In this document: piece by piece, positions 1 through 11,325 of the stretch
Layout: each line of letters starts with the position of its first letter
Position numbering within the stretch: the first letter of the stretch is position 1
Assembly: GCA_032128875.1 (NCBI GenBank)
Contig: JAVLKG010000022.1
Span: 1 to 36,374 of the forward strand
Direction: 5' to 3'
Origin: Candidatus Melainabacteria bacterium 17Bon1m
GTDB taxonomy: Bacteria; Cyanobacteriota; Vampirovibrionia; Obscuribacterales; Obscuribacteraceae
DNA: 36,374 nucleotides
Made by a program: the position numbers and the translations under genes
Notes under the pieces: model-generated
What the model saw: the letters and a program-made list of their open reading frames with translations, nothing else
What the model was told of the DNA's origin: nothing
The model's database searches: none

Positions 1-85
1 TCGCAAACAGCAGTTTTATGATCCCGAATTTTGTTCCTTCCGCCGTTAATTCACTTGACGGGAAAGAGGAAATCTACGCTTAAAA

Positions 86-2623
86 CTAAGCGCTTTCGCC
101 GTTTTCCGTGCCACCGATGTCGCTTGGTTCGACAATCGGGCTGACTGAAACGACTGAGTCGTCTTCACCCAACTGCTGAATGCGAACACCAGTTGCCATG
201 CGTCCTTGCGAGCTGATTTCGTCGACCGACTGTCTGACAACGATACCGTTGGCAGTAGCAATAACGATTTGCTCGCCGTCTGCTGTCACGCGCAACGCAG
301 CCAATCTCGATTGAGCATTCTTGAACTTGGTAGCGATGAGGCCGATGCCGCCGCGCCCTTGTTGTCTGAATTCGTCGAATTTGACGCGCTTGCCAAAACC
401 GTCGTTGGTGATAACCAAAACGTAGGCATCGTCTCCACCTTCCGTGACGTCGAAGCCAACAATCTTGTCACCTTCTCTGAGAGTAATTGCTCGCACACCG
501 CGGGCGGTGCGTCCCATTGGGCGCAATTCTTCTTCAGAGTAGCGGATGCACATGCCGTCGCCGGTTCCGATGATGACATCGGACTTACCGCCAGACGGTC
601 GTACCCAGCCGAGTTGGTCGCCATCACCAAGCGTAATGGCGATGATGCCAGAACGTCGAATGTTGGCAAAGTCAGACATCTGAACTTTCTTGATGTAAGC
701 CAGTCGCGTGACCATGACCAGATAAGAGTCATCTCTAAATTCAGAAACAGGAATAACAGCCGTAACTGTCTCATCCTGCCCGATCGGAAGCAGGTTGACG
801 AGAGCCAAGCCGCGAGCCGTTCTTCCGCCTTCAGGCAGATCCATAACTTCGAGCGAGTAGACCTGTCCACCCGACGTAAATACGAGCAATCTGTCGTGCA
901 TGTTGGCGGTGAAGAAGTGTTGGAGGTCGTCCTCTTCTCTCGTCTTCATGCCGGTTACGCCACGAGTGTTGCGCTTTTGACGTTTGAACGAATCAAGCGG
1001 AATACGCTTGACGTAGTTTTGCTGCGTGATGAAAACAGCCATCGGCTCGTTAGGAATCAAGTCCTTGTTGCTGAGTTCCGTAGCGCCCGAGGCTTCGATG
1101 CGGGTGCGGCGCTCGTCGCCGTACTTATCTTTGATCTCCGTCAGTTCAACCTTAATAAGGTCGAGCACCTTCTGACGGCTGCCGAGCAATTCTTTGAATC
1201 CAGCAATTTGCTTTTGAATCTTGTCGTATTCTTCTTGGATTTTGCCGCGTTCCAACCCGACCAATCTGCGCAATTGCATTTCGAGGATGGCGTTGGCTTG
1301 GTCTTCGTCCAGATCGAACGACTTCATCAAGGCTTGGCGCGCTTCTTCTGTAGAGTCGGCACCACGAATAATCTTGATGACTTTGTCGATATTCTCGAGA
1401 GCTTTGAGATAGCCTTCCAAGATGTGAGCTCTAGCTTGAGCCTTCTTGAGTTGGTACTCAGTGCGTCGAGTAACGACTTCGATTCTGTGGTCGATGAACT
1501 CTTGCAGAATGTTCGCCAGAGGCAGAGTCATCGGTCTGAATTGGTCGGACGCGCCGTGCTTCTTGTTTCTCACAAGAGCAAGAGTGTTGACCGGGAACGA
1601 TTGCTGCAATTGGGTGAACTTATATAGGTTGTTGAGTACAACATCCGGGTGCGCATCGCGCTTGAGTTCGATTACAACTCGGATACCGTGACGGTTGGTT
1701 TCATCGCAAACATCACTGATGCCCGTGAGCTTCTCATCGCGGACCATGTCAGCAACGCGTTTTGCGAATGCTTCCGGACCAACGGTGTAAGGCAGCGAAG
1801 TAACAACAATGCCCATGCGCTGTTGTCTTCCGCCAGAGCCTGGAATTTGTTCGATAGTCGCTTCACCGCGAACAGGAATAGAACCCTTTCCAGTCTCGAA
1901 CGCCTCTTCGATACCATCGGTGCCCATGATGATGCCGCCCGACGGGAAGTCAGGTCCTTTGATCCACTGCATCAATTCTTTCGATGTGAGATCAGGATTG
2001 TCGATTTTGGCGATCGTACCTTCCAAAACTTCAGTCAGGTTGTGAGGCGGAATGTTGGTCGCCATACCTACTGCAATACCGGTCGAGCCGTTGAGCAGCA
2101 ACATCGGCACTTTAGAAGGAAGAACGATAGGTTCTTTTCTGGTGTCGTCGAAGTTGGCGCGCATATCGACTGTTTCGGCGTCGATGTCGGCAAGCATCTC
2201 CATCGAAAGACGAGCCAGTCGGGCTTCCGTATATCGCATGGCAGCCGCAGGGTTGTCCAGGTCGCCGAAATTGCCGTGTCCATCAACAAGCACATAGCGG
2301 CTGGAGCCGGGCTGCGCCATACGGACCAATGATTCATAGATTGCAGAGTCGCCGTGCGGGTGATAGTTACCCATCACATATCCAACGGTCTTAGCGGACT
2401 TCTGGTAGCGCTCTGTGGGCTCCAGACCGCTCTCGTACATACCGAAAATAATGCGCCGGTGAACGGGCTTCAAACCGTCGCGCACATCGGGAATGGCACG
2501 GCTGACGATTACCGACATCGCATAGTCGATAAACGACTTGCGCATCTCGTCGCGTACTTCAATGGGAACGATTCTTTCTCCAGATCCGCCGCCTGAAGGA
2601 TTGGTCGGTTCAGCCACCTGCAA
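86..2623 (-). CDS. gyrA: DNA gyrase subunit A
   Basis: 845 aa; [38 protein letters not shown], catalytic AAMRYTE, beta-pinwheel C-terminal repeats with a GyrA-box-like QKRNTRG; TTG start preceded by GGGAG. Confidence 0.95.
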   Translation of the reverse strand: MQVAEPTNPSGGGSGERIVPIEVRDEMRKSFIDYAMSVIVSRAIPDVRDGLKPVHRRIIFGMYESGLEPTERYQKSAKTVGYVMGNYHPHGDSAIYESLVRMAQPGSSRYVLVDGHGNFGDLDNPAAAMRYTEARLARLSMEMLADIDAETVDMRANFDDTRKEPIVLPSKVPMLLLNGSTGIAVGMATNIPPHNLTEVLEGTIAKIDNPDLTSKELMQWIKGPDFPSGGIIMGTDGIEEAFETGKGSIPVRGEATIEQIPGSGGRQQRMGIVVTSLPYTVGPEAFAKRVADMVRDEKLTGISDVCDETNRHGIRVVIELKRDAHPDVVLNNLYKFTQLQQSFPVNTLALVRNKKHGASDQFRPMTLPLANILQEFIDHRIEVVTRRTEYQLKKAQARAHILEGYLKALENIDKVIKIIRGADSTEEARQALMKSFDLDEDQANAILEMQLRRLVGLERGKIQEEYDKIQKQIAGFKELLGSRQKVLDLIKVELTEIKDKYGDERRTRIEASGATELSNKDLIPNEPMAVFITQQNYVKRIPLDSFKRQKRNTRGVTGMKTREEDDLQHFFTANMHDRLLVFTSGGQVYSLEVMDLPEGGRTARGLALVNLLPIGQDETVTAVIPVSEFRDDSYLVMVTRLAYIKKVQMSDFANIRRSGIIAITLGDGDQLGWVRPSGGKSDVIIGTGDGMCIRYSEEELRPMGRTARGVRAITLREGDKIVGFDVTEGGDDAYVLVITNDGFGKRVKFDEFRQQGRGGIGLIATKFKNAQSRLAALRVTADGEQIVIATANGIVVRQSVDEISSQGRMATGVRIQQLGEDDSVVSVSPIVEPSDIGGTENGESA

Positions 2624-2758
2624 TTACTCCCTGATATCGTCGTCGTATATGTGATTGCCCATTCGCATTTTTGCGAAATTTGTTTGGAACTCGCCTTTCA
2701 TGCGCGTTTGACGACGTTTTAACAACGCGCACACTTGTCCCGAAACATAACACCGGTA

Positions 2759-2767
2759 AGTATAACA
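2759..2767 (-). promoter_or_regulatory. Candidate extended -10 promoter element for gyrA
   Basis: Minus strand reads TGTTATACT (TGn + TATACT) about 135 nt upstream of the gyrA start; no clear -35. Confidence 0.35.
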
Positions 2768-2971
2768 TGGAGGTTTATGCTAGGCCCGGAGCGGCTTTCG
2801 CTTAATTCAAAGCAAGGTGGAAAGCGTAGAAATTCTTAACGAAACTTCCTATATATCCCACTTGGCACCCGCACATTTACATGTATGAATTACGATGATT
2901 CGGGATCTCAGATCCTTTCATGTAGTTTCGCAATAGGTTTTCTCATCATGACTCAAGGGAGCCTCGTAAAA

Positions 2972-4453
2972 ATGACGTCGGAATTAGACGATTCAAGGCT
3001 TAGACAAGAAAGACTGCGCAAGTTGGAGCAGTTGAAAGAGCAGGGCATCAACCCTTATCCGTACAGCTTCACCCGCACTCACAAGGCTGTGGAACTACAA
3101 GAGAAATACAAAGACCTCCCGGCGGACACCGAGACCGAGGATGTCGTGCGCGTTTGCGGCAAGGTGCTCAATGAGAGAAACACCTGGATGTTCGTGGATC
3201 TTTATGACGATTCCGGCAAAATACAGCTTTTCTGCCACAAACAAAACATTCCGGAAGAAGAGTTGAAGCGCTTGAGACTCCTCGACAAGGGCGATTTCCT
3301 TGGTGCGGAAGGAACAATCCGCCGCACAAAACAGGGCGAGCTGTCAGTGAAAGTGACCAGCTATGAGATTCTCGGAAAAACGTTGCAACCGTTGCCGGAC
3401 AGCTGGGACGGCTTCACCGATGTAGAAGCGCGCTACCGCCATCGCTACGTCGACATGATTATGAACCCGAATGTTCGCGACACGTTAAGAAAGCGCAGCA
3501 TCGCTATTCGCACTATTCGTGAGTTTCTCGACTCGCGTGGATGCATCGAAGTTGAAACACCGGTTTTGCAAGTTGAAGCCGGAGGCGCTGATGCACGCCC
3601 GTTTATCACGCATCACAACACTCTAGACATTGACCTTTATTTGCGAATCGCCACAGAGCTTCACTTGAAGAGAATGATCGTAGGCGGCTTTGAGCGTGTC
3701 TACGAAATCGGACGCATCTTCCGCAACGAAGGCATCAGTACCCGGCACAATCCAGAATTCACAATGCTGGAGCTGTATTGGGCATACGGCGACTACAACC
3801 AGCTTATGGATATGACTGAGGAATTGCTGCGCGAAACAGCAATGAAAGTGGCTGGCACAACTCAACTTACCTACCAGGGCGTGGACATCAACTTCGAGCA
3901 GCCTTTCAAAAGACTGCGCATGAACGACGCCATCAAAGAGGCGACTGGACTTGATGTCGATTCAATCAAGACATTCGAAGAGATGAAGGCCGCCGCCGTC
4001 AAGTTAGGCGGAGTAGACCTAACGCACTGCGACACGCGCGGTCACGTGATCAACGCGATTTTCGAACACAAAGCGGAATCAACGCTTATACAGCCCACTT
4101 TCTTGATCGATTACCCTGTCGAGATGTCGCCTTTGACCAAGCCGCATCGCAAAAATCCGGGTGAAGTTGAGCGTTTTGAACTCTTTGCATACGGCAGAGA
4201 ATTGGCAAACGGTTACAGCGAATTGACAGATCCATTAGATCAAAGAAGCAGACTGGAAGACCAGGCAGCCAAAAAAGCCGCCGGCAACGAGGAAGCAATG
4301 CCGCTCGACCTCGACTTCATCATGGCGATGGAATACGGAATGCCGCCAACCATGGGCATCGGTATCGGAATCGACCGCCTTGTCATGTTGCTGACCGACA
4401 GCGCTTCCATCCGGGATGTCATCGCCTTCCCAACCATGAAGCCCCGCGTTTAA
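2972..4453 (+). CDS. lysS: Lysine--tRNA ligase (class II)
   Basis: RYRHRYVDMI, GGADARPFITHHN, LYLRIATELHLKR, FRNEGISTRHNPEFTMLE, GMPPTMGIGIGIDRLVM. Start moved to ATG 2972, which follows AAGGGAG; the ORF track starts at 2885. Confidence 0.96.
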   Translation: MTSELDDSRLRQERLRKLEQLKEQGINPYPYSFTRTHKAVELQEKYKDLPADTETEDVVRVCGKVLNERNTWMFVDLYDDSGKIQLFCHKQNIPEEELKRLRLLDKGDFLGAEGTIRRTKQGELSVKVTSYEILGKTLQPLPDSWDGFTDVEARYRHRYVDMIMNPNVRDTLRKRSIAIRTIREFLDSRGCIEVETPVLQVEAGGADARPFITHHNTLDIDLYLRIATELHLKRMIVGGFERVYEIGRIFRNEGISTRHNPEFTMLELYWAYGDYNQLMDMTEELLRETAMKVAGTTQLTYQGVDINFEQPFKRLRMNDAIKEATGLDVDSIKTFEEMKAAAVKLGGVDLTHCDTRGHVINAIFEHKAESTLIQPTFLIDYPVEMSPLTKPHRKNPGEVERFELFAYGRELANGYSELTDPLDQRSRLEDQAAKKAAGNEEAMPLDLDFIMAMEYGMPPTMGIGIGIDRLVMLLTDSASIRDVIAFPTMKPRV

Positions 4454-4464
4454 GATGTTTCTCC

Positions 4465-4517
4465 GTAGGGGCAGCGCATGCGCTGCCCTGACAGGGAGCC
4501 TCATGCGGCTCCCGTAC
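4465..4517. repeat. Inverted doublet of REP-like palindromes
   Basis: GTAG + perfect 20-bp palindrome GGGCAGCGCATGCGCTGCCC (4469-4488), then GGGAGCCTCATGCGGCTCCC-GTAC (4494-4517) in the opposite orientation, just after the lysS stop. Confidence 0.7.
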
Positions 4518-4571
4518 ATTTTTACGCTAAACTGAACTAATAGCAGCTGCAAGTTTCCAGGAATTCCAGAC

Positions 4572-5057
4572 ATGGGACTATTTCGCTTTTATTTCCACCA
4601 GGGAAAGCTTATTACTCCCAGTGTCTGCCAAACGGAAGCGGGCTTTTTCGTTGACCAAGGTCCGCTTACAGTCACGTCTGTTAAAGACTCAACCAAGGTC
4701 CGCCAGGCGATCGTAAAAGCGTTCGTCAAAGGCAACAGCCTCATTCCGACGCCAGACGGCTCGGAAGCCGCCGGCTCGATCATCCTAGAACGGCTTGTCA
4801 TCGACAGTTGGAGCAAGTTTGAAAAGGACGCGGTCCTTTATACAGTGCATCTGGGCGGACGCTACACCACCTATCACGTCACCGGTCGCAAGGACGATGG
4901 CATGTGGACGATGGATGAAAGCACGACCCGCAAATTCGACAGCAAGGCGACTTACGACACTCTTGCCGAAGCGATTATTGATGATATTCGCCGTCAGATG
5001 CTGCCCAAGCCTGAATCGGTGAAGCCAATGCTGTTGCTGCAAAAGATCGACCCGTAG
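4572..5057 (+). CDS. Hypothetical protein
   Basis: 161-aa ATG ORF filling the space after lysS, with globular-looking composition; no family recognised. Confidence 0.7.
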   Translation: MGLFRFYFHQGKLITPSVCQTEAGFFVDQGPLTVTSVKDSTKVRQAIVKAFVKGNSLIPTPDGSEAAGSIILERLVIDSWSKFEKDAVLYTVHLGGRYTTYHVTGRKDDGMWTMDESTTRKFDSKATYDTLAEAIIDDIRRQMLPKPESVKPMLLLQKIDP

Positions 5058-5121
5058 TAAAAACGTCATTCCAAAGACGAAAAGACGTATACAGGCGCTG
5101 CTACGTGTTTCTTCTTTTAAT

Positions 5122-5144
5122 AGGGCGCATGCAATGTGCCCCAC
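5122..5144 (-). repeat. REP-like palindrome, same family as the copies at 9563-9637
   Basis: Reverse complement GTGGGGCACATTGCATGCGCCCT versus GTGGGGGCGCATTGCATGCGCCCT at 9606. Confidence 0.7.
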
Positions 5145-5152
5145 AACAGCCC

Positions 5153-5188
5153 AAAAACGAAAAGGGGCGCGTCAATAAAACGCGCCCC
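5153..5188 (-). terminator. Rho-independent terminator for the DUF1292-like gene
   Basis: 9-bp stem GGGGCGCGT/ACGCGCCCC (5164-5188) followed on the minus strand by TTTTCGTTTTT. Confidence 0.7.
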
Positions 5189-5230
5189 GGCAAAATTTCA
5201 GATGCCGGACGAGCCCCGGCGCTCCCAGAT

Positions 5231-5557
5231 TTACTCGTCGCCTTCGCCTTCGTCTTCATTCATGCGAGCGAGCTCTTCAACGTGAGCAACTACTTTGTCG
5301 AATTCTTCGTCGCTTTCGATAGTTTGAAAAATTGATTGATCGTCGCGTTCGATAAGGCGCATTATCACAAGCGAACCATCTTCCTCGTCTTCAGCTTCCT
5401 TGGCAGCTTCTTTCTCGCCGCCCATCTTCAGAAGAAGCGCATAAGACTGTTCTTCGAAGTCAAATATGTCAAGAATCTGACACGTATACGACTGCCCATC
5501 CTCTCCTTCGAGAGTGATCATCGCTTCTTCAGGTTGTGTCGGGGCTTCGTTGCTCAT
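5231..5557 (-). CDS. DUF1292-like small acidic protein
   Basis: 108 aa, very acidic; ITLEGEDG...ILDIFDFEEQSYALL...IESDEEFDKV pattern typical of DUF1292. Confidence 0.8.
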   Translation of the reverse strand: MSNEAPTQPEEAMITLEGEDGQSYTCQILDIFDFEEQSYALLLKMGGEKEAAKEAEDEEDGSLVIMRLIERDDQSIFQTIESDEEFDKVVAHVEELARMNEDEGEGDE

Positions 5558-5609
5558 TATGTCGTCTTATCCTTATAAGCCTAATCGCCGGTTGAGTGCC
5601 AGCCTAATC

Positions 5610-6668
5610 CTAATCTCGACGGATTCCTGCAAGCGCCGCGAGCTTTTTCAGCTCTTCTTCTGTTCCCAGCGCAATCAAGATATCCCCGCTACGAAACACT
5701 TGGTCCGGCAGCGGATTGGTTATCAGCTTACCATTTTGATTTACCGCCAAGATCATCGCCCCAGACTGTTGCTTTATATTTGCATCCTTTAGAGTCTTTC
5801 CGACAAGCACGTTATCCTCGCTGAGGTTGACCTGGTCAATGCGCAGGTCATACTCGGGCGCGTGCATTACAACGTCGAGAAATTCAGTTACAAGCGGATG
5901 AGTGACTGCTGTAGCCATTCTTCGCCCAGCAATTACATAAGGCGATATGACCATATTGGCGCCAGCCCGCCGGAGTTTTGATTCCGACCCAGGATTGGCA
6001 GCTCTTGACACGATGGTGACCTCACTATTGAGTTCCTTCGCAGACAAAACAATAAATGTATTAGCTGCGTCGTCAGGAAGACAACAAATGACGCCCGCCG
6101 CATTCTTGATTTGCGCTTGCAGAAGCACATCATCTGATGTAGCGTCGCCCTCGATGACAAGAAGCTCCGCGTCCCTGGCACGCCGCGCCAACACGGGGTC
6201 GGACTCGACCACGACAAAAGGAATCTTCTTGACCATGAAGTGCTCGGTTACTTCTTGACCAGTTCGCCCCCACCCGCAAACGATGTAGTGACCGGATAGT
6301 TTAGCGATTTGATCTTTCATGCGTCTAAGCTCAAAATTGAAACTAACGAACAGTTCTACCATGTCGCCAAGAACATACACGACGGTCGAGGCACCGGCAA
6401 AGATTACAAACATTGCGAAGAGTTTTCCCGAGTCGCTTAACGGTCGGACTTCGCCATAACCGACAGTAGTCAGTGTGATCACGGTCATGAACAAGGCGTC
6501 CAGAAGGCGCCAATGTTCAATGATCATAAATCCGAAAGTGCCGATGAGCACAAGGACAGCGACTGCACCGATATCGCGCAAAAGACGGCGCGAGAGGTTG
6601 CGTTTATGAAGCCTTTTTAGTCGAGCCGCTGATTTACGAGAGTCCACGAATGCTTTATGAGGGGACAC
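5610..6668 (-). CDS. Potassium channel, 2TM pore + RCK_N/RCK_C (TrkA-type) domains
   Basis: TLTTVGYGE selectivity filter between two hydrophobic helices, Rossmann HYIVCGWGRTG, C-terminal TrkA-C-like domain; GTG start. Confidence 0.93.
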   Translation of the reverse strand: MSPHKAFVDSRKSAARLKRLHKRNLSRRLLRDIGAVAVLVLIGTFGFMIIEHWRLLDALFMTVITLTTVGYGEVRPLSDSGKLFAMFVIFAGASTVVYVLGDMVELFVSFNFELRRMKDQIAKLSGHYIVCGWGRTGQEVTEHFMVKKIPFVVVESDPVLARRARDAELLVIEGDATSDDVLLQAQIKNAAGVICCLPDDAANTFIVLSAKELNSEVTIVSRAANPGSESKLRRAGANMVISPYVIAGRRMATAVTHPLVTEFLDVVMHAPEYDLRIDQVNLSEDNVLVGKTLKDANIKQQSGAMILAVNQNGKLITNPLPDQVFRSGDILIALGTEEELKKLAALAGIRRD

Positions 6669-6771
6669 TAAGTGTCGATCATACTGAAAGTAACATAAAC
6701 GAGCCCTCCTAACGAGACTTTAGCCTTTATCCTTAGCAGGTAAACTCAGGCTTCTCGAAAAGCCTTTATAG

Positions 6772-8241
<1,470 letters not shown>

Positions 8242-8289
8242 TCGAATTCAAACTAGAAATCGAAACGCAATTCTGGTGCAAAAATCTGC

Positions 8290-9018
8290 ATGAAAAAGAA
8301 GAATCAGGACGCTACCAACAACGAAAAACCGCAAACGCCCGCGGCTCCAAAACCGACTAATCGAGACATTTTTGTCTTTGGCCGGTTGGAAAACGAAGTG
8401 GCTCTGCCGGTAATTCGCCGCATCCTGAAATTGAATCAAACTGATCCGACAAAACCGATCAATATGTATATCAATTCTTCCGGCGGCAACGGCTATAACG
8501 CTGACGCCATCATTGCAATCATGTCTCAGGTCGAAGCGAAGGTTAACACCATCTGCCTCGGTCACGCTCTATCCGGTGCCTGCGAAATTTTGGCAGCCGG
8601 CACCGGAGAGCGTTCGGCATACGAATTTGCAACGTTGATGTTCCACCAGACCCTCTGGGAAGCTGATGGCGATATCACGAACTTGGAGATTCAAGCCGCA
8701 CAAGGACAGCGTTTTCGCAACGCACAAATTGAGGTTTTGCACCGCTGCACAGGACAGAGCCGTGAGCGACTCCGCAAGGACATCGAGCGCGATCATTATA
8801 TGACCGCTCAAGAGGCTCTCGAATACGGAATGATCGATCGCATTTGCGCTCACAAGAAAAAAGGCAAAGGCGATAAGTCATCTTCGAATCACAAAAATCA
8901 CGAACACAAAGGACTGGATCTAATCGCTGATTCGACAGTCAAAGGTGTTAAACAACAAAAGGTCGCATCAGCGCTTGCAGTTAAGAAGAAAGCAGCAAGA
9001 GCGAAGAAAGGCAAATAA
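8290..9018 (+). CDS. Divergent ClpP-family (S14) peptidase with Lys-rich C-terminal tail
   Basis: PINMYINSSGG, TICLGHALS(95)GA, LMFH(119)Q, DIERD(168)HYMTAQEALEYGMID: Ser-His-Asp at ClpP spacing; ~55-aa basic tail ending KKKAARAKKGK. Confidence 0.88.
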   Translation: MKKKNQDATNNEKPQTPAAPKPTNRDIFVFGRLENEVALPVIRRILKLNQTDPTKPINMYINSSGGNGYNADAIIAIMSQVEAKVNTICLGHALSGACEILAAGTGERSAYEFATLMFHQTLWEADGDITNLEIQAAQGQRFRNAQIEVLHRCTGQSRERLRKDIERDHYMTAQEALEYGMIDRICAHKKKGKGDKSSSNHKNHEHKGLDLIADSTVKGVKQQKVASALAVKKKAARAKKGK

Positions 9019-9032
9019 AGAGGACTGATTTA

Positions 9033-9557
9033 ATGACTGCTGGCACAATGTTTCTCAAAATAATCACTCCTGAGCGCATCGTACTGGAAGCGCCGGTGAA
9101 GAAAATTACCGCTCGAGCTGTCGATGGCGAGTTGACTATATTGCCTGGTCACGAGCCGATAGTCACCGCTTTGGCAATCGATATTGTCGAATTCCAAGGT
9201 GAGTCTTCATTCGATACCGCTGCCGTCATCGGTGGTGTCATGGAAGTGAAGAAAGGCGAAGAAGGGCTGTCAGACACCAAAATAACCGGCTATACGACTC
9301 ACGTCGACAAAGAAAAAGGGCAAGAGAGTTTCGATCCTGATGCTACGTACGTAACAATCGTGAGCAACATGGCAGAACTCGACACCGAAATTGATGAAGC
9401 CAGAGCCAGACAAGCAAAAGATCGCTACGAAGCAGAGAAGACTCAAAAGACCGACAAGCTCGAAGTACAAATGGCCGAGATGGCGTTGTCCAGAGCAATG
9501 GCGCGACTCAAAGCGACCGAACTCACCAAGCGCAGAAAAGGCGTGCACAACCGCTAA
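9033..9557 (+). CDS. atpC: F0F1 ATP synthase subunit epsilon, with internal insertion
   Basis: FLKIITPER, GELTILPGHEPIVTAL, AVIGGVMEV, C-terminal helical hairpin EIDEARARQA...ALSRAMARL; AGAGGA RBS; 174 aa, longer than typical. Confidence 0.93.
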   Translation: MTAGTMFLKIITPERIVLEAPVKKITARAVDGELTILPGHEPIVTALAIDIVEFQGESSFDTAAVIGGVMEVKKGEEGLSDTKITGYTTHVDKEKGQESFDPDATYVTIVSNMAELDTEIDEARARQAKDRYEAEKTQKTDKLEVQMAEMALSRAMARLKATELTKRRKGVHNR

Positions 9558-9562
9558 GAAAA

Positions 9563-9637
9563 TCGTGGGGGCGCATTGCACGCGCCCTTTTTGTTTCAGA
9601 TCTTCGTGGGGGCGCATTGCATGCGCCCTTTTTGTTT
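9563..9637 (+). terminator. Tandem duplicated REP-derived terminators
   Basis: Two 34-bp copies (9563-9596, 9604-9637, one mismatch) of TCGTGGGGGCGCATTGCAYGCGCCCTTTTTGTTT: GC hairpin plus T-tract right after atpC. Confidence 0.8.
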
Positions 9638-9879
9638 TTAGAATTCCGTAGTGGCACACTGCATACACATTTATTTGAGACAGTGGTGTAATGCATGCGT
9701 CTCTCTTGTTTTTGCTGATTCTCACAGAACTGTGGAATTGAACAGTTCTGCCATCACAGAATGGTGCTAACTTTGCAGTCACAATCCTGAAGCCCCTCTT
9801 CAGGCAACTAATACCTGTCCAGTACAAACTCACAGCAACTTGCTTGCTGTGCAGCTTCGTGCGCCGCGGGGGAATCTGC

Positions 9880-10437
9880 ATGACGATTGATTTGATAAAG
9901 GTTCGACCAAGTCCAGATCACTTTCATAAAGACAATCAAGCTGTTTGCGAACGCTGTATGAGCAAACTCGCTTCATCAGGGAATTTTGTATTCGATGTTA
10001 TTCAAGAACAAAGTTTTTTACTTTGCCGAGTCGTGGAAATTTGCCTAGCCGCATTGTGGCAAGCATTAACGCATATCCATAGAAAGGCGCAGACAGAATG
10101 GAAGCGCGTCGATCTTGCGGAGTGTCTTTATCTCACGTACCAAGCAATTCGCATTGTCTTAGAACCGCTCGCGATTTTGATTTTTGCACTGTCACTTGTG
10201 TTGGTCGGAATTTTCGCTCCGCGCGGTCCGAAAACTCCAGAAGAACTCCGAAAAGAAAGACGACTCGAGAAAGACAAGCTTTTCAACGAGTACAAGGATC
10301 GAAACTTCAATGCACACAAGTTACACATCGATGCAGATAGAACACCAGATCCAGACAAAAGAAAGAAGTATAGAAAAATGGCGCGAGAAGAAGATAAGCT
10401 CTCAAAGGAAGCGCTTCGCAAGTACCAGAGAACCTAA
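9880..10437 (+). CDS. Hypothetical membrane-anchored protein
   Basis: ATG 9880 after GGGGGA; one hydrophobic segment (LAILIFALSLVLVGIF) followed by a charged helical C-terminus; start uncertain. Confidence 0.5.
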   Translation: MTIDLIKVRPSPDHFHKDNQAVCERCMSKLASSGNFVFDVIQEQSFLLCRVVEICLAALWQALTHIHRKAQTEWKRVDLAECLYLTYQAIRIVLEPLAILIFALSLVLVGIFAPRGPKTPEELRKERRLEKDKLFNEYKDRNFNAHKLHIDADRTPDPDKRKKYRKMAREEDKLSKEALRKYQRT

Positions 10438-10478
10438 ATTTGACTGATTTTGCTACCACAGTCGCCTGGCGACCTTTT

Positions 10479-10494
10479 GAAAGCATTTTGCAAG
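10479..10494 (+). promoter_or_regulatory. Direct-repeat box 1 (putative OmpR-family site) upstream of response regulator 1
   Basis: GAAAG-CATTTT-GCAAG; related boxes recur at eight other intergenic sites. Confidence 0.6.
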
Positions 10495-10650
10495 ACAGCA
10501 AAGAGAAAATGGTTTTTACGAACGTTTCCAAGTAAGCGGCAAACGTTCGAAGTTTTGCTCTCTGAACTCCAGAGGTCGATCCATTTGGGATCGACCTCTC
10601 AAGCATTCAGCGCGACGGACTGCACTCTAAAAGGAAACCGGACTTATCTG

Positions 10651-11325
10651 ATGACCAGCGTATTGCTTGCAGAAGACGATGAATACTTAAGTAACGGGCT
10701 GCAGAAGGCTCTAAAGAAAAAGGGCTATATGGTGACTGCAGTGGAGAGCGGCTTTGATGCTCAAGCCGCATTACACGTGCAAAATTTCGACATCGTTCTG
10801 CTTGATCTTGGATTGCCAGGATTGGATGGCACTGAAATTCTCGCGGAGTTTCGCAAAAGAGGGTCTTCCACACCGGTAATCCTTATTACGGCAAGAGATG
10901 CACTGGACGACAAAATCAAAGGACTTGATCTCGGCGCGAATGATTACCTAGTCAAACCCTTTCACGTTTTGGAACTAGAAGCGCGCATGCGAGCAGCCCT
11001 TCGCAAAACAAACTGGGAGAACCTAACGATAATAGAATTAGGCAAACTGAGACTAAATACAAACAATGGTATTTTGACTTTGGGAGATGAAGAGGTTGAA
11101 CTTACTCCCAGAGAAGCATTGGTGCTGCAAGCGTTAGTATCAAATGCCGGGCGCGTAGTAAGCAAGAGAAAAATCATGGATCAAGTTCCGGACTGGGCCG
11201 ATGAAAGCAGCGGGAACGCAGTTGAAATCATCGTCCACAGACTCAGAAAAAAACTCGAAAGTGCGGATGTAATCATTAACACCGTGCGCGGTTTCGGATA
11301 CATCATTGAGCGCTCCAATCAATGA
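10651..11325 (+). CDS. OmpR-family response regulator (TctD/QseB-like)
   Basis: VLLAEDD, LLDLGLPGLDG (phosphoacceptor Asp), GANDYLVKPF, wHTH VHRLRKKL...TVRGFGY; ATG 10651 preferred over 10450. Confidence 0.93.
   Translation: MTSVLLAEDDEYLSNGLQKALKKKGYMVTAVESGFDAQAALHVQNFDIVLLDLGLPGLDGTEILAEFRKRGSSTPVILITARDALDDKIKGLDLGANDYLVKPFHVLELEARMRAALRKTNWENLTIIELGKLRLNTNNGILTLGDEEVELTPREALVLQALVSNAGRVVSKRKIMDQVPDWADESSGNAVEIIVHRLRKKLESADVIINTVRGFGYIIERSNQ

Noticed and set aside
959-979. Non-canonical GyrA-box QKRNTRG
   Set aside because: GyrA-box variants are common across lineages; not enough to claim altered function.
206-2332. Long + strand ORFs (473 aa and 227 aa) antisense to gyrA
   Set aside because: Shadow frames of a codon-biased conserved gene; no recognisable motifs.
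2735-2766. TTGTCC...TATAAC as a sigma70 promoter for lysS
   Set aside because: The spacer is 20 nt, too long for a standard promoter.
9563-9637. Two 34-bp direct repeats as a mini CRISPR array
   Set aside because: Only a 7-nt spacer, repeats end in T-tracts, and no cas genes; better explained as terminators/REPs.
10450-10650. N-terminal extension of response regulator 1 in the ORF track
   Set aside because: The receiver domain begins at ATG 10651; the upstream part holds the regulatory box and hairpin.
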